This document shows, piece by piece, positions 26,801 to 37,800 of a stretch of DNA of 64,000 bases. The notes under the pieces were generated by a model, which was given only the letters and a program-made list of their open reading frames with translations, was not told the DNA's origin and did not search any database. How positions within the stretch are numbered: the stretch's first letter is position 1; each line of letters opens with the position of its first letter. The stretch is from Laetmonice hystrix. Lineage: Eukaryota. The stretch is from assembly GCA_965235115.1 (NCBI GenBank), contig OZ249436.1:12774001-12838000 (forward strand), written 5' to 3'. A program made the translations under genes and the position numbers.

Positions 26801-28805
26801 ATACATCTACATCACATGTATGCATACATCATGTACAACGTATGTGCTACTTGTAGGGAATGTATGTTTCACCCATGTATTTTGATGGAAAGGAAGATTT
26901 TAAAGTACTTTTAATGTTTTTATTGAAAATTAAATAGATGACAATTAAATTAAAAGGGAGGAAATACCATGACATAGCTAAGCAGTATGTATTTGGTTGT
27001 AGACACAACAGTGTAAACATAAACTTTAAAGAAAAGGCACCTGACTATCTGTGCGGTCGAAACTCATGGAATCTGGCCACCTTAGAACGGTCTCCCGCTT
27101 CTACTTAAGATGAGTGTAACTATATTTCATTCACAGTTTGGATGACATGTTGAGTGATGGAGATAGTTTGTTCATGTGAGGACCGTGTGGATGGCGCTGG
27201 AGGTGTTGAAACACCATTTGCTTCTCTTCACGAGCGAAAGCAGTCGGTGCTTGTAAGGTTGCCACGGCCTGCGGCCCACATAGATTATTGATGTCCCCTG
27301 CTGGTGCCAGAGCCGGTCATGCTCGCATGCACACAACTATCCCATACTGCATTGCTGCCCACGTTTCACTGTTCAGCGAAGCTTAACTCGGAAGTCACGC
27401 GGTGTTCCACCATTAGAAGCCATTAGAGGGTTCACTTCTGCTGGTGTACGTTTGAAGATCGTTTTCCACCCTCTGCTGCTTGGATTTGGTAGATTTTTGT
27501 ACACCATACATCAGATACGATAAGAGAATGGCTGATAATAACGGTACGTACACCTCAGGGTCAGCGGGGAAGGAGGGGATGTGTGTAGTTCGGTGTTAAC
27601 TGTACGTGGGAGTGTTTGGGTTGGGTGTGGATTGGCTGCAATATGGCAGGACTCGCCGATGCTACAGGTGGTCAGGGCAGGATGGAATGGGATACATTCA
27701 CCTGGAACCCATTTTCTGCCACCTCCGCTGGTCGAGTCGAGTCCGCACCGGCAAGGTGGGGAAAGGTGTAGGTTTTGGGGGAGAGAAATGGAGATGTAAG
27801 CGAAGACTGTACTAGGGGGCGAGCTGACCTCAGGCAAGCGTGCTCCAGTGGCTGCGGGTAGTGTGGTTGGTGGCGGGCGGCGTTCTCAGCTGCGGGTTCT
27901 AGTTAGGTTAAAAATACCCGACACTGACAGTGGAATTCCTAGTCATCTGAGAGAAGCAGGCGTCGTTGGTGCGTGATAAACTCGGGTTAAACCTGACCAC
28001 CTGTCTCAGACAAAGGCAAGAGGAGGTTGGTAGCTGTTAATTAAGTGCAGTAGCCTTTGTTTGTCCTACAAAACTGTGTAGTGGTCTGCGATTTCTCACC
28101 CCTAGTCTCCAGTATTGAGAAGTCGGGAATGTCTAGGAAATATTGGCGAAAAGTTTCGTGGCAAAGTTGCATGGTCTCAGAGAGCCATCTCGAGAGACCT
28201 ACTTATTAACAGGTAGAACTGCAGATCTGGTACAAGGTTTTCGACCCTCTCCTCTCCGTTCGATCGATTGTGCTGGAAACCAAAGGTAACAGGTGGAGAG
28301 GAAGTGGCTAGTGAAAGGCACGCATAGAGAGTTATGCTTGGACGAATTATAATACGTCTTGCAGTTTTTCAGGGATAATGGAATCAATCCAGTATATCTT
28401 TTATCCTGAGTGTCTGTCCATTATGGTATAACCGAGGGACGGTCCATGTTTCGTCATATTGGGTGCGAGAATAATAATGAAATCGTCGGAACATGTGAAT
28501 GACCGAAATGGACGGAAGAAATTGCAGCCCTTTAATTTTGTAATTGATGGCATCCAAAGTGAATTAGAAACGACCAAATCCATAGCGTAGGTATCCACAT
28601 GAGCTTCAGTTACAAACCAATCTACGGGTAAGTATTATATCTCGGTGTTAAAACCGTTTGAGGTAGGAACAGTATTTGGCAAAAATTGTAAACTATATTG
28701 TGGATGTAGGATAGTGTGGTTTAGTTCCGATCTAGTACATGGTTTTGCAAAGGCTTATTATGGAGGGTGGTTCTACAGCCAGTGTTCTGACAATCTGACC
28801 ACTAA

Positions 28806-29283
28806 AGCCGCTTTCACACTACGGAGGGCGAAAACCGTTTTCTACAACCGTTTTAAGAATGTGGTTTTCGAAACGCTATGCATTCACACTGTAGAGAAGT
28901 AAGGGTTTTCTCACAGGTTTCGAGAACCGTTGTCGAGACGGGTACCGTGTTCACACTACAGTGATTTCTGAAGCGGTTTCGGAAACGGGTTTACCAGCAC
29001 ATGTCCAGGTTCTGTGCATGACACAGACACGCTATCCCATAATATTCAGTGCATACGGTTTTCCAATACGCTTCCCGTGTTCACACTATAGGGCGGCCCA
29101 CTAAAACCGTTTCACAGGAAACCTTTTATGGAAACGGTATCGAAACTACCTATTTCATGCGCCTCGTTACGCTTCGTCTAAAACGGTTCGACACGCTTGC
29201 AGTGTGAACACAAGGCGTTTTTGGAGGGTAGAAGGGTTTCGGAAACCCAATTAAATGAATTCGGGTGCAGTGTGAAAGCGGCT
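28806..29283. mobile_element. Intact PIF/Harbinger MITE (478 bp)
   Basis: Perfect 15-bp TIR AGCCGCTTTCACACT / AGTGTGAAAGCGGCT, TAA target duplication (28803-05 and 29284-86), internal TTCACACT repeats. Confidence 0.92.
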
Positions 29284-31798
29284 TAACAGACAGTGTTGCA
29301 GGGAACAAAGGCCAGCTTAGCTACTGTGAAATGTTCTGTAACGAGACCTTAAGACACACCTGTACTTGTGTGATCCTTGGCGTATGTGGGGCCAGGTATG
29401 AACAGGTACCACAGACAGGAGCAGCACCCTCCGCCTTTTGATACACCTGACACAATCTAGAAAGGCTTGCCAAACTTGTAGCTACCTGGAGATACGACAG
29501 GTAATGGTACGTGACCCAGCGGCCGAGTTCAAGTGGTAAATGGGCACAAAAGTTTGCCATTCAGTGTCACGGTTTTTCATCGACTTCCCCAGTTCAGGTG
29601 AAAAGATCATGTAGGCAAGCGGGGATCGATGACAGTGCAGCGTACAGTGGGATTTTCCTAAGTTCTTTAACAGGAGGATACCTGATACCGTATAGAAGAA
29701 AGTTACCTACCTGCCGTTATTGGATGGGTGGTGCATGTATTTCAATTGTCGCCATGTAATTGTGAAATAGGGAACGGTGTTTTTTTTCCTCTTTTATTTC
29801 TGAATACTGTGGAAATGGTTGGAACTGTTTTGAAGAGTACATAAATTCTACTTGTCGAGATTGCAGCAAAGAACTGTTAGCTGCATGCAAACGCCAGCTC
29901 AATAATACAATAAGTGAAATGTCCTTCTCCTGTTTGACGTCCAAGATTACCAAGCACAGAGAGGGTATTAGGGATAGAATCCACGGATATGCAAGCAGGG
30001 GTGGGGCCCAGGTATGCAACACCTGTACAGGTAGCACAGGCATCAAAGCTAGATCTTAAAGATAAAGAGTATGAGGCGTTCATAATGTAGCGACCTGTAC
30101 CAGGGTACAGTAGGTCCAACATACCCATACCTGTGATAATGTAGAAAATGTACGTGTGGTGATCAGTCGGCAGGTTAAAAAATCTCTCACCACCTCCTCT
30201 TGACGTACCCCCGGTAGCTGATAATACCAACACATGTACTCTACATTCAGATGTAACAAATGAGAAGGATATTTTAAAAAGGTGTTCACCAACTGTAGCT
30301 AAGCGTTATACCCAGGTAGTATTAATACCTGTCATTTGGTCTCACAGTGGTGCGCATCAACTCTGGATATTATCTACTACTACTCTGGACTAGTACGGTG
30401 AAACTAAGACTGAAGGGCCGGGGGTCATAAGAGTACATGTAAAGGTAACCTGTGCTGTTACTGGTGTAGTTTGATCGTCTGATTGTTTTGAATTCCCAGG
30501 TGAGGCTAGAGCAGCAAACAAAACGAAAGCATTAGGGTAGCAGGTTTTGTAAAAGGCTCTCTGGTTCTTGCGGCTGTCGGGTTTGCTAGTTTGCCTTGTT
30601 GGCTGGGTACAATGAGCCCATATAGGAAAGCCTGTTAAAATCAATGTCTGTTGAATCCAGGCGATTGGGACCGGTTCAGGTAAATTTGTAACGTGGTGTT
30701 GGCAAAGCCAAACACTGACCACCGTCGGGCGGGCGATGAGTGGCTCAGGTAACCATGGGGCAGTTTCGAGACCAAAGCAGGGGGCAGAAATACGAAGATA
30801 ATGGGTCGAGGAGATCGATGTAGGCTTGGCTCACTCAGTGGGAATACATTGATTGGAGCCCGGTGCTGGGGCTGTGTGATGTTTGACAATGCACCATGAG
30901 CCGTACAGCCTGAACGATAGAGGTGCTGCAGCAGTAGCAGCAGCCCTTGCCGCCGCCTCTGGAGCAGCAGCAGGGCAGGAGGCAGTCTCATTGTATTTGT
31001 TTCCACGACCTAGGGGTTCATTGCCAGTGTGTGTGGGAAGAGGGAGTATTGTAAATCTGGCAGTTATTACAGCTAGGGCTAGAACGAACGAAGTTAGCAT
31101 GTATAGTGGTCTCACTGGTCTGTATGGTAGGAATCCACACAACAGAGTCATGCCACGTCTGGCCCATGGCTGAACACGCAGCACACGATTACCCTCGTTA
31201 AAAGAGGAAGTAACAAGCTTAAGTTGCTGTCGTTCATTTAATTACTTCACTACGCAACGACTTTAGTCATAACACCATTACCAACGAGATCAGACCTGAA
31301 TCGACAGACCTTGTGAATTACATGTATATGATTCAATATTGATGTTGACGAGATGCAAGTTGACATGTGTGCTAGTTACAGAATCATCGACTCATTCTGC
31401 TCCATGCCTAACTAACAATGTGGTTAGGCTGAATGGCAAATCTTCAATTCGCCTTCATGAGGTGGGGAAAAAGTGAAGAAAACAAACAAGTAAAATATTC
31501 TCAGGGTCTCAAGACACTCGCTCGATTATGACCTCCCACCTGCCCCCCGAGTTCGAATGCTTTGTTTCTGTGTAACATCATCTCAAAGAAGCACTGCAAA
31601 TGGAGTTTTAAATCCACAATATTGAATTTCCTCGTGAATAACCCTTTTAAATGTGAGGCAGTAGAGATGATCATTAGAGAGGTAACTTTGAAATGGAGCA
31701 GTTGTGGAGTGGGGAGAGTGCTTACCTTTGATGAGAGTAAAGGTGTTTGGCATTATGCCATGCCTGCCCCTCAATACGTGGCCTTACCAGAAGCATGT

Positions 31799-32931
31799 CA
31801 GGCCCGTAGGCTGGTCTGAAAATGGGTGGGTTACTTATCAGGGGCGGACCCAGGATTTTCAAAACGGGGGGGGGGGGGTGCGCTATGGATAAAGGGCACT
31901 TTCTCACCCCCCCCCCCCCAGTGAGTATAGCCTAAACAGTCAAATAAAAGTGGCACATGTATATCAACAGGGCCGTAGTTAGTAATGTCTGAGTGCGGGG
32001 GCAGTCAGGGGCGAATCCAGGAATTTGGTAAAGGGGATGTCCCCCATGGGTGCGAGCGCCGAAGGCGCGAAGCCATGAAGGGAGGGGGTCTGGGGGCCCT
32101 CCCCCAGCCAAATACGCGATATAGACCAGCCTTTAGGGCTATAATAGGCCTAGACAATTGGACATTTAGATTTTAAATATCTTTCGTAAAATAAAAAAGG
32201 GCACTTGAGGGGGAGAGAAAAGGGCACATGGGGCGAGAGGGGGGTGCACTGCTTAGGCCTATAGTGAAATGAGTTCCATAAATTTGCATGGGGTGGATCC
32301 AGAGCTGTTTCTTGACCATGCACTGATATTGAAACTGGTTTCCAATAGGCCTACCAGTGGTTCCAACGTTTAAGAATGTGAAATGCACCAGCAAAGCCAC
32401 TGTAGGGAGCACCATAGGCACGAAGCGTTTGTACTAGGTGCTGGTACGGGGGCATGCTCCCCCGGCAGGAATTTTTTTAAAACTAGGAGTGAAATGATGC
32501 ATTCTGGGGGCATTTTGGCCATGTTTCTGAAATCTGAGAGCAATTACTGAGGCACAGTATACAAGGAATCTCTTTAGATTTTCAGATTGGGAAGTAACCC
32601 CCCCCCCGGGTGGTTCTCGCCTCTTCTGAGATACCAGTGGCAGTGCAGTTCTGCCCCTGGTGAGGTCATATTTAATATGGGCGTGCTAGGGGGTCTGAAT
32701 CTGGGGTCCGGGACATGTTCCCCCAGAAAAAAATGAAAAATTGGAGGCTTAACAACCATACATCTGTGTTTTTTTCAATTGGCGGAGCATATTTGTGCCC
32801 CCTCCCCCAACTGAAAAATCGGTCCCGCGCCCCTGCATGGGCAGACCTTTTTACCTTGACTAGGCGGACCTTGGCTGCCTCTGCGGGTAGGTTACGAGTA
32901 ACCCAAGTAACCCCCCCAGCCTACGGGCCTG
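31799..32931. mobile_element. Composite non-autonomous DNA transposon with internal CAGGG-terminus fragments
   Basis: Perfect 16-bp TIR CAGGCCCGTAGGCTGG / CCAGCCTACGGGCCTG, with CATGT on both flanks. Further CAGGG termini lie inside (31839, about 31968, about 32006, 32835), with G/C-run motifs. Confidence 0.85.
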
Positions 32932-34404
32932 CATGTCTAGAGTCATCTAGAGTTACTCCAAGCGATTCTACATTCAACCTTGCCAATATCACCAGCCATT
33001 GAGATCTATTTAAAAAGCAAGCAAATTTACTGTTGGCCAAGGTTCAATTTCGCCGTGGCATTTTAACATGGTATTCAAGAAACCTTGGCTGCTGTTGCCG
33101 TCTAGAATAATTAGAGGTGTGTTCAGTACTGTCCACATTTTCATAGGTCTTTAACAGGGCACAGCTGGTTTCGAATTATGATCTAGCTTGATATGAAATG
33201 GAGAGCGCCTCTGAATGGTGTGGTACAGTACATGTAATAGAAAGAAGAACTTTACGTCTATAACCCATAGAAGCCATCCCAGTGATTCTGACGTATTCTA
33301 CGTATCAAGACCACCCGGTTGTAGGTGGACAATTCGGTGTAAGGTTTAGTGGAGAAATACAACTCGTTATTGACAGGTGCACTGATATTAGGACTAACTC
33401 GATGTGTTCCGCCGGATGAGAGGTGTGTGTTTCTGAGACTCGAGTTCCTGCATTTTACCTGGTATACCCGTTGTCAGTTTGAATGGACGTGATCATGTTA
33501 TAGTCGCCAATTATCAGGCTGTCCAGGGCGTGCTAATGGTATCCATTCATGGTATACATCAAGACAGGTAACAAACAATGGGCTGGACAGGTGAGGCATG
33601 ACAGGTGATAATGATTATTGCAAGCCTTAGGCCACCGTGATGTTCATTATAATAAAAATGCGTGCCACGCCTTGTTGCTAGCTACCTGCAGCCGGAGCAT
33701 GTTGCACAGGTGAAGATGGTTGCTTCCGCTGGTACCCTCCACCCCCGCCGAAGTGGAGTGGTACAGCCCACGGGAATATAGGGAACTGATAGGTGACAGT
33801 TGACAGTAGTGACATGGACAAGGTTGCGCCGTTCATTTCGGCTTTGGTCTTCAGAAGGACGTGTACACGGTGTGCATGGTAGCGACAAACGTCAGCACAG
33901 TATTGGGAGCACCACCATTATGGCTTACACAGTGTCTACCTTGGCAGCCTTGGCCTCTAGCTCTGACTGCAGGTTTTCACCGTCACATGGCTGCCTGTCT
34001 GCAGCACAACGTTGCCATGCGACCTTGATGTCATCTGTCGCCAGTAGTGGGGACAAGAGAAAGCCCCGCCTAGCTACCTGCAGTGTAGCCCAGCGAAACA
34101 ATCTAAGGTGAGCTACTACTAGGTATTTGGCCAGCAAAAACATGATCAGGTGTACATATGCCCCTCAGGGCAAACCTTCGACTGGACAACATAAAGAAAA
34201 GGTAACCCGGATGGATCAGTTCAGAACAACTATAAAAGAACCATACAGGGTTTCACACAACTACCGGTACACAAGTCAGGTTTCATATTCTGGGAAGGAT
34301 CTGTTCTTTTGGAATGAGTGAATGAGTATTTATATGACCAGTTGAGATGGTTCTCTGTATAGCTCCAGGGTAGGAACGTGTAGGTGGATATAGATGGGGT
34401 GAAT

Positions 34405-34406
<2 letters not shown>

Positions 34407-34490
<84 letters not shown>
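34407..34490 (+). repeat. Perfect (CTG)28 microsatellite
   Basis: 84 nt of uninterrupted CTG. Confidence 0.97.
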
Positions 34491-34493
<3 letters not shown>

Positions 34494-34836
34494 TAGGAGC
34501 AGCTGTTGTGTAATACATGCCACTGATTGGCAGGCCATGCTGCAGTGGCTGTCCACTCAAAGGAAGATTGTCTGACATGAAGGGCAGAAAGAATGCCAAC
34601 CCTGATGTGGCACATCAAAGGTAGAATGAAATAGAGATGATGATCTTATGGATCGGTCTGCAGTCCTTGCTCATTCCTACTTGCTCTCCCTTGTGGATGT
34701 TCGGGGCGAGGATATGCTTCCCCTCCACCACAGAACTCCTTGCCCGTGAGTCCAATGGGCCTGGTTGTCAGATTTTGTAAGTCGCATGAGCAAAAGGCCA
34801 GAGTTCACCGGGTTTAGGTGGTCAACGAACGCCTGA

Positions 34837-35480
34837 CGGGTAGGACTGAAATCGCCAGGTATGGAGTACTGGGGGGGGGGGGGGGGGGGGGGGGGCACAG
34901 GTGATGCTTCCCTTGCTCACTAGGTATTTAGTAAATTATCAGATATGTATTACAGGTAGGGCTTAGAACACAGTTATGTAATGCAGGTAGAACTGAACAC
35001 ATCAGGTATATAGTACAGGTAGGACTGAACCAATCAGGCATATAGTACAGGTAGGACGTAACACATCAGGCATATAGAACAGGTAGGACTTAACACATCA
35101 GGCATATAGTACAGGTAGGACTGAACCCACCAGGCATATAGTACAGGTAGGACGTAACCCATCAGGCATATAGTACAGGTAGGACTGAATCAGGTACGCA
35201 GTACAGGTAGGACTGAAATCATTCAGGTCTGTAGTACAGGTAGGACTGAACCCAACAGGTATACACCGGTAGTACAGGTAGAACTGAACCCATCAGGCAT
35301 GTAGTACAGGTAGAACTAACCCATCAGGCATAAGTACAGGTAGGACTGAAATCATCAGGTACGTAGTACAATGTACAGGTAGAACTGAATTCATCAGGTC
35401 TGTAGTACAGGTAGAACTGAATTCATCAGGTCTGTAGTACAGGTAGAACTGAATTCATCAGGTATGTAGAACTGGTAGGT
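34837..35480 (+). repeat. Minisatellite, about 17-18 copies of a 30-32 bp unit (AGTACAGGTAGGACTGAACCCATCAGGCATAT)
   Basis: Direct tandem repeats visible by eye. The first, degenerate copy is separated from the rest by a G25 run at 34871-34895. Confidence 0.93.
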
Positions 35481-37359
35481 GAGAGGTTTGTTGAGGGAGT
35501 AATGTACAAAATATTCTGTCTAGGGCGCGTTTCAGGCAAGCAGGTTAGAGAGTTAATCGGAGTTTATAAATCTATGGTGTGAGCTAATTTTGTTGGAATT
35601 CTAATACAATTTACCTGTTTCTGTTTGAACTAAGATATGGTGATTAAACCTGATCAACTGAATACTGGTGGAGGGGCCAACAGCATTCAGTCATCCGATA
35701 TATCCTAAACAAATGATTATCATTTAAGTTATCATTTATTATCAATGACTGCATTGCAGGAAGTAAATTGAATTCAGAATTTCACATACTGGGAGATGTA
35801 TGGAATAGGATTATATTTATTGGACAGGATATTACAATGCTGTCATAGTCTGGTTGAAAAAGCCGTGCTGGCGGTTTTAGGTGTGAGAAGTAGCTGCAGT
35901 GCTGATGCTCTACGGATGGGGGGGGGGGGGGGGGGGGGGGGGGAAGACTACCCCGGTATGTCAAGGTTATGTCGAGGAGAGGGAGGCACAGGATTCCCCT
36001 GATCGCCATGGAGGCGTGGCGGAGGCCACCGCCGGCTCGGGTTGGGCGGGGCAGGCGGGGTGGGGCGGGCTCCCCTTGATTCCACCCAGACGTACGTAAT
36101 GAGATCGTGACTGATTGAGGCGTTCGGTCGTCATGCCGACACCTGGCCCAGATGCCGGGAGAAATGGTGGGGCGCGGTCACACCCAATACTTAGACATCG
36201 GAGTGTAATCGTTGATTGCCACTGTTAGGTTACAGGTAACCGGCAGGCTAACATGCCCGGAACTTTTCCCTTCAGTGGATTTCATACTAATAGGTAGTAT
36301 TCTGATCCATTGTTCAAGAGTAATTTGATTTTCATTGTTGCAATACAGAATTTCAGTCGTGTTTGGATTCTGTTTCTCGAGAGTATTGCTATTCTGGTGT
36401 GTTTGGATTCTGTATTTGCTGGGTGTATGAACTAGGGGCAGGGAGGAGACGGTGGTGGTGGTGGTGCTGGGGGAGGGAGGGAGGAACCGAGTGTTGGTGT
36501 TGGGGGAGGGAGAGGGGGAGGGGTGGGGTAGGGGGGAGACGGGGGATGTCTTGGATCACCTTACAACTCATTGTGTTATCTGACCACGGTCCTTGTGTGA
36601 TACTCGTTCCTGCAACCTGAGCGTTGTCAGAAGGCAATCTCCAAGGCCCCTCCACCATTGACGTGTGCTCAGGTCGGTCACCAGGTACACATCATTTACT
36701 GCACAACAATCAATAGCAAAGGCTCTGGTAGGGTAGACACCATCTCACGATAAGAAGTTCTTCGGATCTGTTCAGTCAGTGTCGGTTAATAAAGTGTGAA
36801 TAACATCCATTAGGTTTACAGTCTAAATGCTTCTTCAATGATGACCAGAATCATTGGTTGGTTGTTACTGGGACGGGTTTATTCCTGTTCAGACACGTGT
36901 TCTTTGCGTGTTGTAGTAGATTTGAAGTGTAATTACCAAGGGAGTGGCCAACGCAAGAAACAGAAAGTATCTCTGATTGGATGCAGGTACGTTATCAGCG
37001 TGCAGCGGTGCTGTCTGCTGGTTGGTCCCACAGCATCACTGCTGTGGAGACTTCTCATTGGCTGTGTACTACACCCATTGATTGTTGCTATGGTGACGGA
37101 GTTGCACAGCAGCAGTGGCTGAGGTGCGTTTGTGGTGACAGAGCCGGTGATATGAGATGTTGATTCTGTTGTGTGTCCAGGCACGGTGGGCGATATGATT
37201 AGCGTCATTGGTCAGTGTCAATCTACCTGGTGCTACTGCTGCCCAGGAGGGACTCTGTATTCCTGGGTTACTACATGTAGTAGGTTGAATACAGGTGGAC
37301 GGTCTGTGGTTCATGGAGTAGGGATAACTTTCCCCAAGCTTGAAACTGACGTTAAGTAT

Positions 37360-37546
37360 ATTGAGGCTATTGAGACTACTTTATCGGCTTTAAGTCAGTA
37401 TAAAAGGAGGATACTTTAAATCAGTGATAACTGCAGTTTCGTGAGGCATAGCATTCGCATCATTTTAAAACATGATGTAAGAATTGTTATTTTCACAACA
37501 TAGTGGGCAGGGCAGGTGTGGTCAATCTGACCTCAATAGCCTCAAT
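37360..37546. mobile_element. Small MITE-like element with 15-bp perfect inverted ends
   Basis: ATTGAGGCTATTGAG (37360-74) / CTCAATAGCCTCAAT (37532-46). Confidence 0.6.
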
Positions 37547-37678
37547 CTGGTTGTGATGAGGGGGTTCAAGCCAGTTTACTAAATGTTTGTGTATGCTTGT
37601 ATACGTATGGTTACATACCGGTAATTGTTGCAGTCGGTACCGTGACTAATGTCCCCCTCCTGGGCATTGTTTCTGCAG

Positions 37679-37800
37679 GTATGAAGCGCGAGCTGGAAGA
37701 CGATGTGGACACGGAAGGCGTGGGAGAACAGTCCAGTCAGCTCAAGAGGAGGAGAGGCGAAGGGCCCCATGTGGAATTCCGCGTCTTACTTGCTAGCAAA
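37679..37800 (+). CDS. HNRNPK: hnRNP K exon: MKRELEDD...[19 protein letters not shown] (NLS-like basic cluster and start of KH1)
   Basis: Acceptor ttctgcAG 37677-78, branch-like ACTAAT 37645-50, ATG 37681, donor GTATGT 37801. Confidence 0.93.

Noticed and set aside
34230..34618. Poly-Q, poly-A, poly-S and poly-C ORFs
   Set aside because: All are translations of the (CTG)28 microsatellite; there is no splice or homology support.
34837..35480. CRISPR-like periodicity (about 32-bp units)
   Set aside because: Units are contiguous near-identical tandem copies with no unique spacers, in a eukaryotic intron with no cas genes.
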